Positions 9,424 through 18,620 of a DNA stretch of 58,860 nucleotides are shown here, one piece after another. How positions within the stretch are numbered: position 1 is the stretch's first letter; every line of letters begins with the position of its first letter. The stretch comes from Pseudomonadota bacterium. Lineage in GTDB: Bacteria > Pseudomonadota > Gammaproteobacteria > Pseudomonadales > UBA6940. Both the position numbers and the translations under genes were made by a program. The stretch is from assembly GCA_040386355.1 (NCBI GenBank), contig JAZKFP010000050.1, positions 1 to 58,860 on the forward strand, read 5' to 3'. Below the pieces are notes generated by a model. That model ran no database searches and had not been told where the DNA came from. It worked only from the letters and a program-made list of their open reading frames with translations.

Positions 9424-10020
9424 ATGAAACTGAAAATGCTTTCAGCACTAACTGGTTTTTTATTATTCAATCTTTCTTTTCCTATTTCTGCCGCAACTAT
9501 ATATTTAGAGCCTAGTAAAAACAATGTTTTAGTAAATGAACTATTTACGCTTGATCTTAAAGCTTCAGGTTTAAAAACCGCTGCATCACCATCTTTAAGT
9601 ATTTATGATCTAGATCTGGCCTTTGACCCCACTTTATTGGACTTTAAAAATATAACATTTGGTGATCAATTGGATCTATTTGGGCTTGGAAGCTTTCAAT
9701 CAACAAGGACTCCTTCATTTGGTTTAATCAATATTTTTGAATTATCATTTGATCTTGCAGAAGACTTAGATAATTTACAGCTTGGTGAATTTAATATTGC
9801 CCAATTTACTTTTACAGCAATTGGCACTGGCTCAAGCGATCTTTTACTATCCGTTAACGCGCTTGGTGATTCTTCAGGACAGCCAATCTCCGCAGATATA
9901 GTAAATTCCTCTATAAATATTTCACCTTCAGCCGTGCCACTTCCCGGAACTTTAAGTCTTATGATTTCAGGTTTAATAGGAATTTTTTTGCTTCGATTTA
10001 AAAATAATTTATTAAATTAA
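9424..10020 (+). CDS. cohesin-like domain protein with PEP-CTERM-type (VPLPG) sorting tail
   Basis: Signal peptide; IYLEPSKNNVLVNELFTLDLKASGL...DLDLAFDPTLLDF resembles cohesin. The C-terminal VPLPGTLSLMISGLIGIFLLRFK (from 9934) has motif, TM helix and a basic tail. Confidence 0.6.
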   Translation: MKLKMLSALTGFLLFNLSFPISAATIYLEPSKNNVLVNELFTLDLKASGLKTAASPSLSIYDLDLAFDPTLLDFKNITFGDQLDLFGLGSFQSTRTPSFGLINIFELSFDLAEDLDNLQLGEFNIAQFTFTAIGTGSSDLLLSVNALGDSSGQPISADIVNSSINISPSAVPLPGTLSLMISGLIGIFLLRFKNNLLN

Positions 10021-10026
10021 ATATCT

Positions 10027-10203
10027 TTATTCATACAGAATTGATTCCTCAATTCGCAACTTCAAGCCGTTCAACAGTGGATGTAGATTTTCACCAGCAA
10101 TCAATTCAAGGATAAATTCATCGTCATTAGCAGCTTCAAAAATCATCGCACCATAAATTTTCAAATAACAGCGGTAATGCTTGAGTTTTTGATCCGGGGT
10201 CAT
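10027..10203 (-). CDS. 58-aa hypothetical protein translationally coupled to the resolvase
   Basis: Its ATG shares the ATGA overlap with the resolvase TGA (10200-10203). Product is MTPDQKLKHYRCYLKIYGAMIFEAANDDEF... Below the ORF-track length cutoff. Confidence 0.3.
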   Translation of the reverse strand: MTPDQKLKHYRCYLKIYGAMIFEAANDDEFILELIAGENLHPLLNGLKLRIEESILYE

Positions 10204-10778
10204 GCGGTTGCTTTCATGTGAGAAGTTGGGCCGTTCAAAGCACGGCTAAGGGTGCGTGGGGAAATACCAAAATCGGCGGCGATTTTTGCGTGAGCAATGT
10301 GATGGTCGCGCATTTGCCGCGCAATTTCGACATGGTGAATCTCAAGCTTTCGAGGCCTTCCGATTTTAGCGCCGCGCCGCCTTGCCGCAAGCATTCCGGC
10401 TTTGGTCCTTTGACGGATTAATTCACGTTCATATTCAGCAAATAGCGCCAGCTGGCCGAAAAAAATTCGCCCCTCAAATGTAGCGGTATTAATGCCTTGT
10501 GTGGTCGAGATAAAATGAATGCCGCGCTTGCGGAAATCATCAAACAGCAAAAGCAAATGCACCGTTGATCGACCCAGCCGGTCAAACTTCCACACCACAA
10601 ATGTATCTCCCGGCTTCAATGTCGCCAGTACTTCATCTAGGCCTTCGCGTTGTACGCTTGCGCCGGATACTCCATGATCGCTGTAAAGTTTTTCACAACC
10701 GGCGGCAATCAGGGCATCCATTTGTAGCCCTTCATTCTGTCGGTCATCCGAAACACGCATATATCCAATGGTCGCCAT
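10200..10778 (-). CDS. small serine recombinase (resolvase/invertase family)
   Basis: MATIGYMRVSDDRQ with the catalytic Ser, VWKFDRLGRS, ERELIRQRTKAGM, and a C-terminal HTH. Confidence 0.9.
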   Translation of the reverse strand: MATIGYMRVSDDRQNEGLQMDALIAAGCEKLYSDHGVSGASVQREGLDEVLATLKPGDTFVVWKFDRLGRSTVHLLLLFDDFRKRGIHFISTTQGINTATFEGRIFFGQLALFAEYERELIRQRTKAGMLAARRRGAKIGRPRKLEIHHVEIARQMRDHHIAHAKIAADFGISPRTLSRALNGPTSHMKATA

Positions 10779-10929
10779 ATCTAATTTTCTCCGCCTTAAA
10801 GTCCTTCCAGCGTAGACAAAAAGGAACGGTTTTGTCAGAATTGCATAAGATTATTTTCTGCTCAAAAATTGCTGCTTATGCGATTTTTTAAGCCTTAAAA
10901 CCGCATTTTTTGCTTGACCGGAGGATGGT

Positions 10930-11367
10930 ATGGCGATAAGTCAAAAGGGTTCCGTTTTGGCGGCGGGCAAGTCGTTGAAATTGCTGGTTTTAGTGCTGTT
11001 TTTGATGGCGACTTTTGTACGGATTGCAGCGGCGGAAAATTTAGGGGAACAAGCGGAAAGCTCATTGGATGCTCTTAAAAAAGCCAACCAATACTCCTTT
11101 GAAAATAACGGTGTTGGAATCGTTATGAGTTATGGCACCAAGAACGGTGTGAGCGCGGAAGAAATTGGCAATGCGTTTGTTCAAGAGATTTTGCGGCGCG
11201 GTCATCAGGCACGATATTTTTATTATCAGACCGATAGAGACGGTGTCGCTATAGAATTTCATATGGGGTATTCGGCGTTGGGGCCGTGGAATCCTGATTT
11301 TGCAGCGTCACAAATGGGAAAAATTATTGAAAGAACCGAAGCAATGCAAAAAATTCATGGCGAATGA
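10930..11367 (+). CDS. hypothetical secreted protein
   Basis: 145-codon ORF with GGAGG upstream and a hydrophobic signal-like LKLLVLVLFLMATFVRIAAA. Confidence 0.5.
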   Translation: MAISQKGSVLAAGKSLKLLVLVLFLMATFVRIAAAENLGEQAESSLDALKKANQYSFENNGVGIVMSYGTKNGVSAEEIGNAFVQEILRRGHQARYFYYQTDRDGVAIEFHMGYSALGPWNPDFAASQMGKIIERTEAMQKIHGE

Positions 11368-12137
11368 CTGAAATTAAATTGCGCTGTTGAATATGTCTTT
11401 TCTTGAGTATGCCGGTTTTCATCCAAAGTTTTATCAATCGTTGCTTGGTATTCGTTATTGATAGAAATCGTAATTTTATTTTTATTATCCGCAAGGCCTG
11501 CATCAGTGGCGGCATCTGTAACTTCCACGCCTTCTTCAATGGTTAAATAATCACGCCCGTTGTATTTTTCGACAATCGGTTTAATTTTTTGCGCTTCGGT
11601 CCAGTCTCTAACATATTGCGCTTCGCTTAAATGCGCGTATTCACCTTTAATTTCGCCGTTTTTATTCAAGAATTTATCGCTTAACGCCTTGAGTTTTTCG
11701 TCATCGGTTTTTAATCCGGCGCGTTCTTCCTCGGTTAAATATGTGTCGCTCATGCCGCCGATGACATCATCGCCGTATTTTTCGCGCAGTTTTTCAAAGC
11801 TTTGCGCCATATTTGCTTCTAAAGCCTCCAAACGCTCACGCATGTCATTGAGCAAACTCATGGCAATAAGCTGTGAATCTGTTTGTTCGGCTTTGCGTTT
11901 TTTCTCGGCTTGAGCCGCCATAATGGAGCGTGGAACGCTAATAATCCGGCTGACTTGTTCCGGGTTTAAATCACCATTGCGCAGCTTAATTTCGTCTTGA
12001 TTTTTGTCGTAACTCTCATTGTGGATACCGTTATGCGCCACCAGAAAATCCAGCGCCAGTTTATCAAGAGCCGGTTTCGTTTCCGAAAACGCAGCCTTCA
12101 GGGAATTTTCGCGAGTTGGCGCGGGCATGTCGTTCAT
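11355..12137 (-). CDS. hypothetical acidic, coiled-coil-rich protein
   Basis: 260-codon ORF whose codon composition is consistent with the neighbouring GC-richer block. No motif recognised. Confidence 0.5.
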   Translation of the reverse strand: MNDMPAPTRENSLKAAFSETKPALDKLALDFLVAHNGIHNESYDKNQDEIKLRNGDLNPEQVSRIISVPRSIMAAQAEKKRKAEQTDSQLIAMSLLNDMRERLEALEANMAQSFEKLREKYGDDVIGGMSDTYLTEEERAGLKTDDEKLKALSDKFLNKNGEIKGEYAHLSEAQYVRDWTEAQKIKPIVEKYNGRDYLTIEEGVEVTDAATDAGLADNKNKITISINNEYQATIDKTLDENRHTQEKTYSTAQFNFSHSP

Positions 12138-12383
12138 GACATCGCCTTTCGCGCAAAACAGCGACTTGCCATAGCAAGTCCAAGCTCAAGAGAAACTCTC
12201 TTGAGCTTGACGTGTAATCCTTTGTCTAATTCACTAACCATCAGACCCCTATGTCCCTGCCGCCCCGTATTAAAAATCTGTTTACGCATTTTTATCCTAC
12301 AGATAACGCATTAAAAATTTCTTAATATAGCGAATTTTATTCAGCGGTAAATTTTTAATGCGGATTTATTATGAATATTAAAA

Positions 12384-12414
12384 GCGGGAAGAATAGCGCT
12401 TTCTTCCCGCTTTT
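12384..12414 (-). terminator. rho-independent terminator downstream of ardC (bidirectional shape)
   Basis: GCGGGAAGA-N9-TCTTCCCGC stem flanked by an A-run and a T-run. Confidence 0.6.
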
Positions 12415-12419
12415 AATGG

Positions 12420-13304
12420 TTATGTATGGTGTGTTTTGTTTAGAAAATCATTCGCTTTTTGCGCTTGCGCCGCTGCCTGAAAAATATATTTTTTATCACT
12501 TTTTAAGGCTTGCAACCATGTTTTGATATATTGTGCATGATCCTCGCGGCCTTCTTGTTTAATTTTGAATTGCGCGCATAAAAAAGCACTGCCAAGCTCG
12601 GCGATAAGCTCCTCAAAAGCGTATGCCTTAAAATCATTGTGTAAAGCTGATTGTTTACGATTAAGGCGTGTTTTACCGCCGCTCCAATGTGTTAATTCAT
12701 GAAATAGAATCGCATAATAATTATCTGTCGCGCTGTGCTTTTCGTCTTCAAAAAATATTTCTTTGCTGACCATATGAATTTGATCGAGTGAAGGAATAAA
12801 ACAGGGGGTGGATTGATTTTCGATAATAACGGCTTTTGTTTTTTCAACAAAAGTGTCAATTTCTTTTATCGTTTCTACATTCCCTAAAATACGTGTTTCT
12901 TCCTTGATTTCCGGTTGATAATTTTCGACTTGATCGGCGTTGAAAACAGAATAATATTTAAGCATATTGTAAAAATCCTGTTCTTTCTCTTTTTTATTTA
13001 CGTCTTTTTTTTCTACAAGTTGGTAATAAATTATTGTCGTCGATTTTTCATTTTTTTTCACTTGCGCGCCTTTTTCTTGCCATTGTTTGTAGGTTCCCCA
13101 TTCGCCAGAGCTATATCCGGCTTTAAATTGTGCGAACCATAAAACAACGGTATTAATCCCGCGATAGGCGTTGCCTGTCATGGGATTGAGCGGCAAAGCC
13201 TGCCCGGCAAGTTGCGCAAACGGTGCCTTAAAATCATCGGAATTGACACGCTCCAGTGCCTCAATAATGCTGTTGGTGATGTCCTGATAAATGTCTTTTT
13301 TCAT
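12420..13304 (-). CDS. ardC: ArdC-like antirestriction protein (ssDNA-binding N-domain plus zincin metalloprotease domain)
   Basis: ITNSIIEALE...NAYRGINTVVLW...GEWGTYKQWQEKGAQVKK is the DUF1738/ArdC N-domain pattern, with an HELTHW metallopeptidase motif. ATG at 13304 has AGGAGAA upstream. The ORF-track start at 13415 is unlikely. Confidence 0.85.
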   Translation of the reverse strand: MKKDIYQDITNSIIEALERVNSDDFKAPFAQLAGQALPLNPMTGNAYRGINTVVLWFAQFKAGYSSGEWGTYKQWQEKGAQVKKNEKSTTIIYYQLVEKKDVNKKEKEQDFYNMLKYYSVFNADQVENYQPEIKEETRILGNVETIKEIDTFVEKTKAVIIENQSTPCFIPSLDQIHMVSKEIFFEDEKHSATDNYYAILFHELTHWSGGKTRLNRKQSALHNDFKAYAFEELIAELGSAFLCAQFKIKQEGREDHAQYIKTWLQALKSDKKYIFQAAAQAQKANDFLNKTHHT

Positions 13305-13744
13305 CGCTTTTCTCCTGTCATTTCGGGTTAATGCATCGCGCATTAACCCCTGACCCGCTGGCGAAGCGGTGGGGGTGCAAATGGAAAGAAAAATCGACGG
13401 CGGGCGCACAAGCAAAGCGCGGAGCCTCGGGAGACCGTCTATTTTTCTTGAAATGCGCTGGGGGCGAAGCCCTAAGTTTTTTTGATAGAAAGGCGAAATT
13501 TATTTTACATGAGGCTGTTCAATAATCCGGGAGATTTGAGGTTAATCAATTTTCTGGAGTTTGATTAATGATCAAAAATGGGCACGTTTTTAAGCGCACA
13601 GGGGGGAATTATTTTGACAGCGGGCAACGCGTTGAACCTTGCAGACGTGAGGAAGCAAGGGCTTGTTAGGGGATTTGGTTTTTAATGGCGCATTTAATGC
13701 GCGGCAATAATATTAGAATTTATATATTTGAACACCAAAAAATA

Positions 13745-14340
13745 TTATTCACTGAAATAGCTCGGCAGTTTTGATAAAACAGTAATTATCAATTCAGAAT
13801 ACTGATCTAAAATATTATAACTAAATCCTTCCGCAGGAACTCCTTCAAGCTGCAACGACTTCGCTAATATTTTACAAACTTCACGATCTACATAACCTTT
13901 TTTATACAGCCAAACTTCTAAGCTACTTGATAATCCTATTTTCAATTTAGTTTGAAGCATCCTGATTGATTCTAACAATTCTTTGTTTAAACCTTTTCCC
14001 TCTGCAATATCAGCTATCGTACCCAAAATAAGCATTGAATCAAAAGAAAGCGCCTCATCGGCAAGATCAAAAACATGATCCATTTTAAGCTCTCTTTTTT
14101 GTGATCCCGCCTGATAAAAGCTTGAGATTGTTTAAGAAATATCAAAAGATTTTTATAGCTATTACCCGCAAGCCATTTCATTGCGAACTCAAATAGCATA
14201 TTTGCAGGTTTAATTTTTGATAAGCTTTTATTTTTATTCAATTGAACTATCAAAGGCCAGAAAAGCACCAACATTTCTTCTTTGCTTGGTGCAATGTGAA
14301 TATCAAACCAATTTTCTTCTAACCAAGCTTCAATTAGCAA
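13745..14340 (-). pseudogene. frameshifted AT-rich gene fragment (possible C-terminal piece of a larger, perhaps helicase-like, protein)
   Basis: Two overlapping same-strand ORFs (14014..14340 and 13745..14083) read as one protein after a frameshift. The fragment starts abruptly at the compositional boundary at about 14340. Confidence 0.4.
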
Positions 14341-14387
14341 ACCTCCTTCCGGGATTGATCTTGCGGGCCTCCAAAAAGGAGGTTTGC

Positions 14388-14560
14388 ATGAGACTGATGA
14401 CGAGATTTGAGCTGGCCGCGAAAACTGAAAGCTAGCTGTATGCCCTGCTCAGAGAGGCGTTCAACGAGCTTGCGAAAAGCAATACCCGACACCCACCAAC
14501 GCCGCAACGCGCTGGCTTCCATCGAGAATATTCAGGGAGAATTAAAACGCCGCCAAAAAC
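14388..14560 (+). pseudogene. degraded small conserved plasmid/ICE-type ORF (..RRNALASIENI.. family)
   Basis: MRLMTRFELAAKTES, then TAG (14433-14435), then LYALLREAFNELAKS. The text continues in the +1 frame as IPDTHQRRNALASIENIQGELKRRQKL. That makes one amber codon plus one frameshift. The 3' boundary is approximate. Confidence 0.3.
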
Positions 14561-16815
14561 TTTCCTTGGTCATGAAGATGAAATCCGACCGAAGAATCAG
14601 CAACAATCAGCATCAAGGCTGGCAATCCCTCTACCTGCAAGGATTTTGTTAAAAAGCAAAGCTGCCCGACATCGGCCTGACTTGGTAAAGCAGAGCAGCC
14701 GCGAGGGTGAGAGTGCCATTCGCCAACATATGTTACAATCCCTGCTGTTTTGTCTCGGCAGTCGTCAAGTATATCTGTTGACTCGTAAGCTGCCCGACCG
14801 AAACTCGAAGGGGTTGCTTCACTGTTTTCAGGGGCTGAGCAGGCTTTGACCAGAAAAATAGTCTTATCTTTTTGATCGATTATTCCAAACAATATTCCAC
14901 CAGTTTCATTTGGAAGCGCTGTTAGACGCATGGCATTTACATCACTTAAAAATCCATCATCCCAATAAACTTCCCATTCTCCAATTTTGATCGAATGGCT
15001 AGGATTCACCGGAATATTTCTTGGAACAACTGCCCCGCTCTCGTCCAGATAGTCCCAGATGCAAATTCTGGCATTCGCTGATCCCGTGCTTTTCCTGATT
15101 TGCCGGGCAAGCATTGCGGCATGTAAATGAATCAATTCGTCCGAAATGGTTAGCGTAATTGCCCTGCAACCCGCTCCGACCCATTGGCGACCGATGTGGC
15201 CGGTCAGGTGATGCGCGCCCCAAGCAGAATTCAAAATTGATCTGTAATATTGTGCTTCCAGGCTGTTGCAACGTATTTTTCGGTCGCTATCTTCTAGGAG
15301 CATAACGCAAGAGATTCCCGAAGGCGTTATAAAGACACTGGCGGTTCGAGGTGCGTCGTCTCTTTGAGAAATTTCTCTAGGGACATGCAAGGTTGTAGTA
15401 GCGTCAATTAGGAGTTCTGAGTTTTCTATTGCACACAGCGCATCGGGATTATCCGAAAGTATGCTGGACACAAAAAAATTCGCCTTTCTTTCTGATGGAT
15501 GAATGTCGCCTACGAGGGTGTCAACCACAAATGCTTTTGGGTGCCCTATGCAGCTATGGTTTGCAATATGCCGAACTGTGTTGTGTGCCTTTATTATGTC
15601 TTCGTCAAAATACGACCACTCCCCCCAACATTCCCGGCTCCATATTTTGGCCAGCAACCCGCCAAGCGCACCAACACCAGCGATGATGCCTTTAGGCCCT
15701 GCGTCTTTTGAGTCCAAGCCTGAATATCGTCGTATCTCTTCCGGACTGGGGTAACACCGTACATTTACCGGAGTTAAGGGCATGACCTTCCAGCTATCAG
15801 ACTGGGAACGTAACATGACATCTTTGAACCATTTTTTTGTTTCTGGGTCTTGAAACAATACAGAAAGGCTTTCGCCCAGCTCCCCCATATTGGAATCGAC
15901 AATAAACCCTCGTGTTTCTATCCTTTCCACCACACCACTTCGCAATCTCGGAATGCCAAGAAGCAAGAGGACAAATTCTTTTCGATTTTTCTGAAATTCA
16001 ACTCCATTCTCACTGACAACATCTAAAATCGATTTTTTCAGAAGTTCAACAATACCTTTCCCTCTACGTTCCAGAAGGAGTTCCAATTGTCCTAGGGTAT
16101 GCGGATATTCTTCAACAGGGCCGTTTTCAATAGGGTCAAGAGCAAGAGTGACAGGCAGGCACAATGGGGTATTGGCAGATACTTTGTTTTCATAAACGCC
16201 TATAAGCGTTACGGTTTTTACACCTTCTGGCTCGACAGGGACGAAATAAATTTTTCTATTCCGAAATTCTTCATTAAAGAAATTTTGAGGCAATATAATG
16301 TCGTAACAGCTAGAAAAAAACAGATGCTCTAACGGCTGGTCATCGCCATGGATGGTGCCTTCTGCGGTTTCCCTGAGCCACCAAAATATGCGCTTTATAA
16401 AAAGCTCAGGAGTCCAAGAGCGCTCAACTGTGTGCCACGGCTCAATGTATAGGCATAACGAGCGGGGTTCGCCTGGCAGTATATGATTTTGATGTATCGT
16501 TATTGGAAATCCGTGCCTTAACGCCCTCACTTCCCAAGGAAACGCATTAGCCGGGCAATATGTGAGGGAGAGCCTCTCGACCCTGCGTATGTCTGCCGGA
16601 TTGTTTGCATCAAACGAACCATCTGCAAAGTCTACAATAACGGACTGACGTTGATGCTCCGGATCAGACCTTAATTCGAGCACTTCGCATGAAGAGTTAT
16701 TTAGGCATGCCTTATAAATCTTTTGAACAGCCGGATCAAGTTGCTCAAGGGCGGTTTGCGCGCCACTCCAATTATAAAAATCTGCTTCCATCAGCCTGCT
16801 CGTGGCGGTGTGCAT
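14542..16815 (-). CDS. E2-like / E1-like (ThiF) / JAB-MPN deubiquitinase-like triple-fusion protein
   Basis: The E2 hallmark HQNHILPGEPRSLCL has HxN followed by Cys121 (codon 16453-16455). The E1 Rossmann motif is GIIAGVGALGG...YFDEDIIKAHNTVRH. The JAMM motif is E..GG.. EWHSHPRGCSALPSQAD. An alternative start, Met9 at 16791, overlaps the upstream stop as TGATG. Confidence 0.85.
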   Translation of the reverse strand: MHTATSRLMEADFYNWSGAQTALEQLDPAVQKIYKACLNNSSCEVLELRSDPEHQRQSVIVDFADGSFDANNPADIRRVERLSLTYCPANAFPWEVRALRHGFPITIHQNHILPGEPRSLCLYIEPWHTVERSWTPELFIKRIFWWLRETAEGTIHGDDQPLEHLFFSSCYDIILPQNFFNEEFRNRKIYFVPVEPEGVKTVTLIGVYENKVSANTPLCLPVTLALDPIENGPVEEYPHTLGQLELLLERRGKGIVELLKKSILDVVSENGVEFQKNRKEFVLLLLGIPRLRSGVVERIETRGFIVDSNMGELGESLSVLFQDPETKKWFKDVMLRSQSDSWKVMPLTPVNVRCYPSPEEIRRYSGLDSKDAGPKGIIAGVGALGGLLAKIWSRECWGEWSYFDEDIIKAHNTVRHIANHSCIGHPKAFVVDTLVGDIHPSERKANFFVSSILSDNPDALCAIENSELLIDATTTLHVPREISQRDDAPRTASVFITPSGISCVMLLEDSDRKIRCNSLEAQYYRSILNSAWGAHHLTGHIGRQWVGAGCRAITLTISDELIHLHAAMLARQIRKSTGSANARICIWDYLDESGAVVPRNIPVNPSHSIKIGEWEVYWDDGFLSDVNAMRLTALPNETGGILFGIIDQKDKTIFLVKACSAPENSEATPSSFGRAAYESTDILDDCRDKTAGIVTYVGEWHSHPRGCSALPSQADVGQLCFLTKSLQVEGLPALMLIVADSSVGFHLHDQGKFLAAF

Positions 16816-17951
16816 GATGTAACAGAAACGGCAGCAGATGCCGCAACGGCCAGCTTAAAGCTTCCATTTGCTGCTTCAAATTCCAGCGGGGCTGGCTTCC
16901 ACTTGTTTGGCTCTTCACCGGTACATTTAAACACCCCGGATGTGCCAAGTATTTCGCGATATTCTCGCTTTGCCCGGATGCATGGAGGGTCGATGTCATC
17001 ATCCATTACAGGTTTGCTGCTCGAAACAATAAATGCTCCATATCTAGCCTGGGCGAGTGCTTGCCTGGCTTTTTGCGACACTCTTGCATTTTCGCCTTTT
17101 TCAGACCAACTGTCATAAGACAACGACCTCCAAGAGCAGTGATGGGGCGCGAGCAGCAAATCGTACTGTAAATCCACAGCGTTGAATTCGTCGGCGATCC
17201 TCTCCCATATGGCCACACCCGCGTCGCCGCCAGCCAGAAATTTGCTGACACTTGTTCCGTAGGATGAATTTTTGATCCCAAAATTGATAATTACGCTCGA
17301 ATCGTTCTTTGATAGCCTTTCTTCGGTTTCATCATTCTGCTTGCCAATAGGGGCGATCAGAAGTGATGTGAGAAACTCGGAAGACGACTGATTTATCCCC
17401 GAAAATTCGTTGCCAGCCTTCACAAGAATTGGAGACAAATCGTCAGTTTTGCCGTTTTCATCTTCGCCCAGTACCAAAATCTTATCGCCATCATTTACTG
17501 CAAGCCGTTTTTTTCTGTATTCCGTAACCCGGCGTCTGGCCTCAGCATTGAACGCTTTTGCATCATCGCATAGCACATGGTTCTTTGATGCCCTGCGAAA
17601 TACCATAGGGGATGACCACATTTGACGAATTACAATTCGTTTTTCGTTCTGCGGCTTCCTATCGTCCGGATAATCCGCAATCGGGCCAAGCCAAAAATGT
17701 TTTCTCAGGCCCAGACAATGATCTTCGTCCGGGTGGGTTAACAGCATTGCATCAACATAAGGACGATTACTGCTGTCCGCTTTCAGCCTGCTTCTAAGCA
17801 TTTTTGCAACATCAGGGGTCGTTTCATCCGGATCATCCGCAGACGACCCGATCTTGCAGTCAATCAAGAGGCAGGTCGCATTTTGATCTGCAAGCCTAAC
17901 CAGAACCATATCGCCATTATCGACAGGGAAAAATGTAACCTTTGCGGCCAT
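16791..17951 (-). CDS. metallo-beta-lactamase-fold protein (ComEC/Rec2-like HxDxDH variant), predicted hydrolase/nuclease
   Basis: KVTFFPVDNGDMVLV...CLLIDC, LLTHPDEDHCLG, later LLAPHHCS. ATG at 17951 is preceded by GGAG. The C-terminal tail ...AVAASAAVSVTSCTPPRAG ends in Gly. Confidence 0.8.
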   Translation of the reverse strand: MAAKVTFFPVDNGDMVLVRLADQNATCLLIDCKIGSSADDPDETTPDVAKMLRSRLKADSSNRPYVDAMLLTHPDEDHCLGLRKHFWLGPIADYPDDRKPQNEKRIVIRQMWSSPMVFRRASKNHVLCDDAKAFNAEARRRVTEYRKKRLAVNDGDKILVLGEDENGKTDDLSPILVKAGNEFSGINQSSSEFLTSLLIAPIGKQNDETEERLSKNDSSVIINFGIKNSSYGTSVSKFLAGGDAGVAIWERIADEFNAVDLQYDLLLAPHHCSWRSLSYDSWSEKGENARVSQKARQALAQARYGAFIVSSSKPVMDDDIDPPCIRAKREYREILGTSGVFKCTGEEPNKWKPAPLEFEAANGSFKLAVAASAAVSVTSCTPPRAG

Positions 17952-17973
17952 GATATTTAACTCCAATTCTAGT

Positions 17974-18600
17974 TTATAAAGCCGCAACTACGGCATTCAC
18001 GACAAACCGATTCCCAAACACCCGCGCAGTGATTAGTGATATTGTCAGAAATGCTCCCTGCACCAGATAAACCATGTTGTTGATTTTTCCCGTCAACTCT
18101 GCGTTCCCAAAAGCTGACCAAGCCAGCGTTGCAATAAAGATTATCAACAACCCTGAAAAAGCGTCCCTGTATAACAAAAAGCTGCGGTGAGCCTGCAACA
18201 CTTCCGGCGTGTCTTTCACAGACTTGTAAATTTGCTGGTACCAACGGCTGTTCCGAATGGAGCCATCGATTTTATCTTCTGAAAACACTTCGGGCCACCT
18301 GCTTTTAAGGGTCTCGAATTCAACTCTTGGTTCACTTTTGCAAAGCTTGTCGATTCGGCAAGCCGGCAATTCGTTTTTCACTCTGGTAAACACTATCTTG
18401 TGCTTTATTCCATGGGGAATAATATTTGCCAGCATCACCAAAACTGCCGAGAGCATGAGACTCATGCCTCCTGCCATGGCGGCATCTGCGATATTCGATA
18501 CAGCCTTGTATCCGAATTGCAGGAAGACAGAAGCGGTCAAAGATGCAGCCATGATGAAGAAAATGTTTTTGCTATTTTCTTTTTTTAAATCGACTTCCAT
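17974..18600 (-). CDS. membrane protein, about 4 TM helices with a central soluble loop
   Basis: Hydrophobic segments are IFFIMAASLTASVFLQFGY, GMSLMLSAVLVMLANII, FSGLLIIFIATLAWSAF and VYLVQGAFLTISLITARVF. Same strand as the MBL gene, 22 nt upstream of it. Confidence 0.6.
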   Translation of the reverse strand: MEVDLKKENSKNIFFIMAASLTASVFLQFGYKAVSNIADAAMAGGMSLMLSAVLVMLANIIPHGIKHKIVFTRVKNELPACRIDKLCKSEPRVEFETLKSRWPEVFSEDKIDGSIRNSRWYQQIYKSVKDTPEVLQAHRSFLLYRDAFSGLLIIFIATLAWSAFGNAELTGKINNMVYLVQGAFLTISLITARVFGNRFVVNAVVAAL

Positions 18601-18620
18601 TTTTCAGTTTCCACTCTCAA

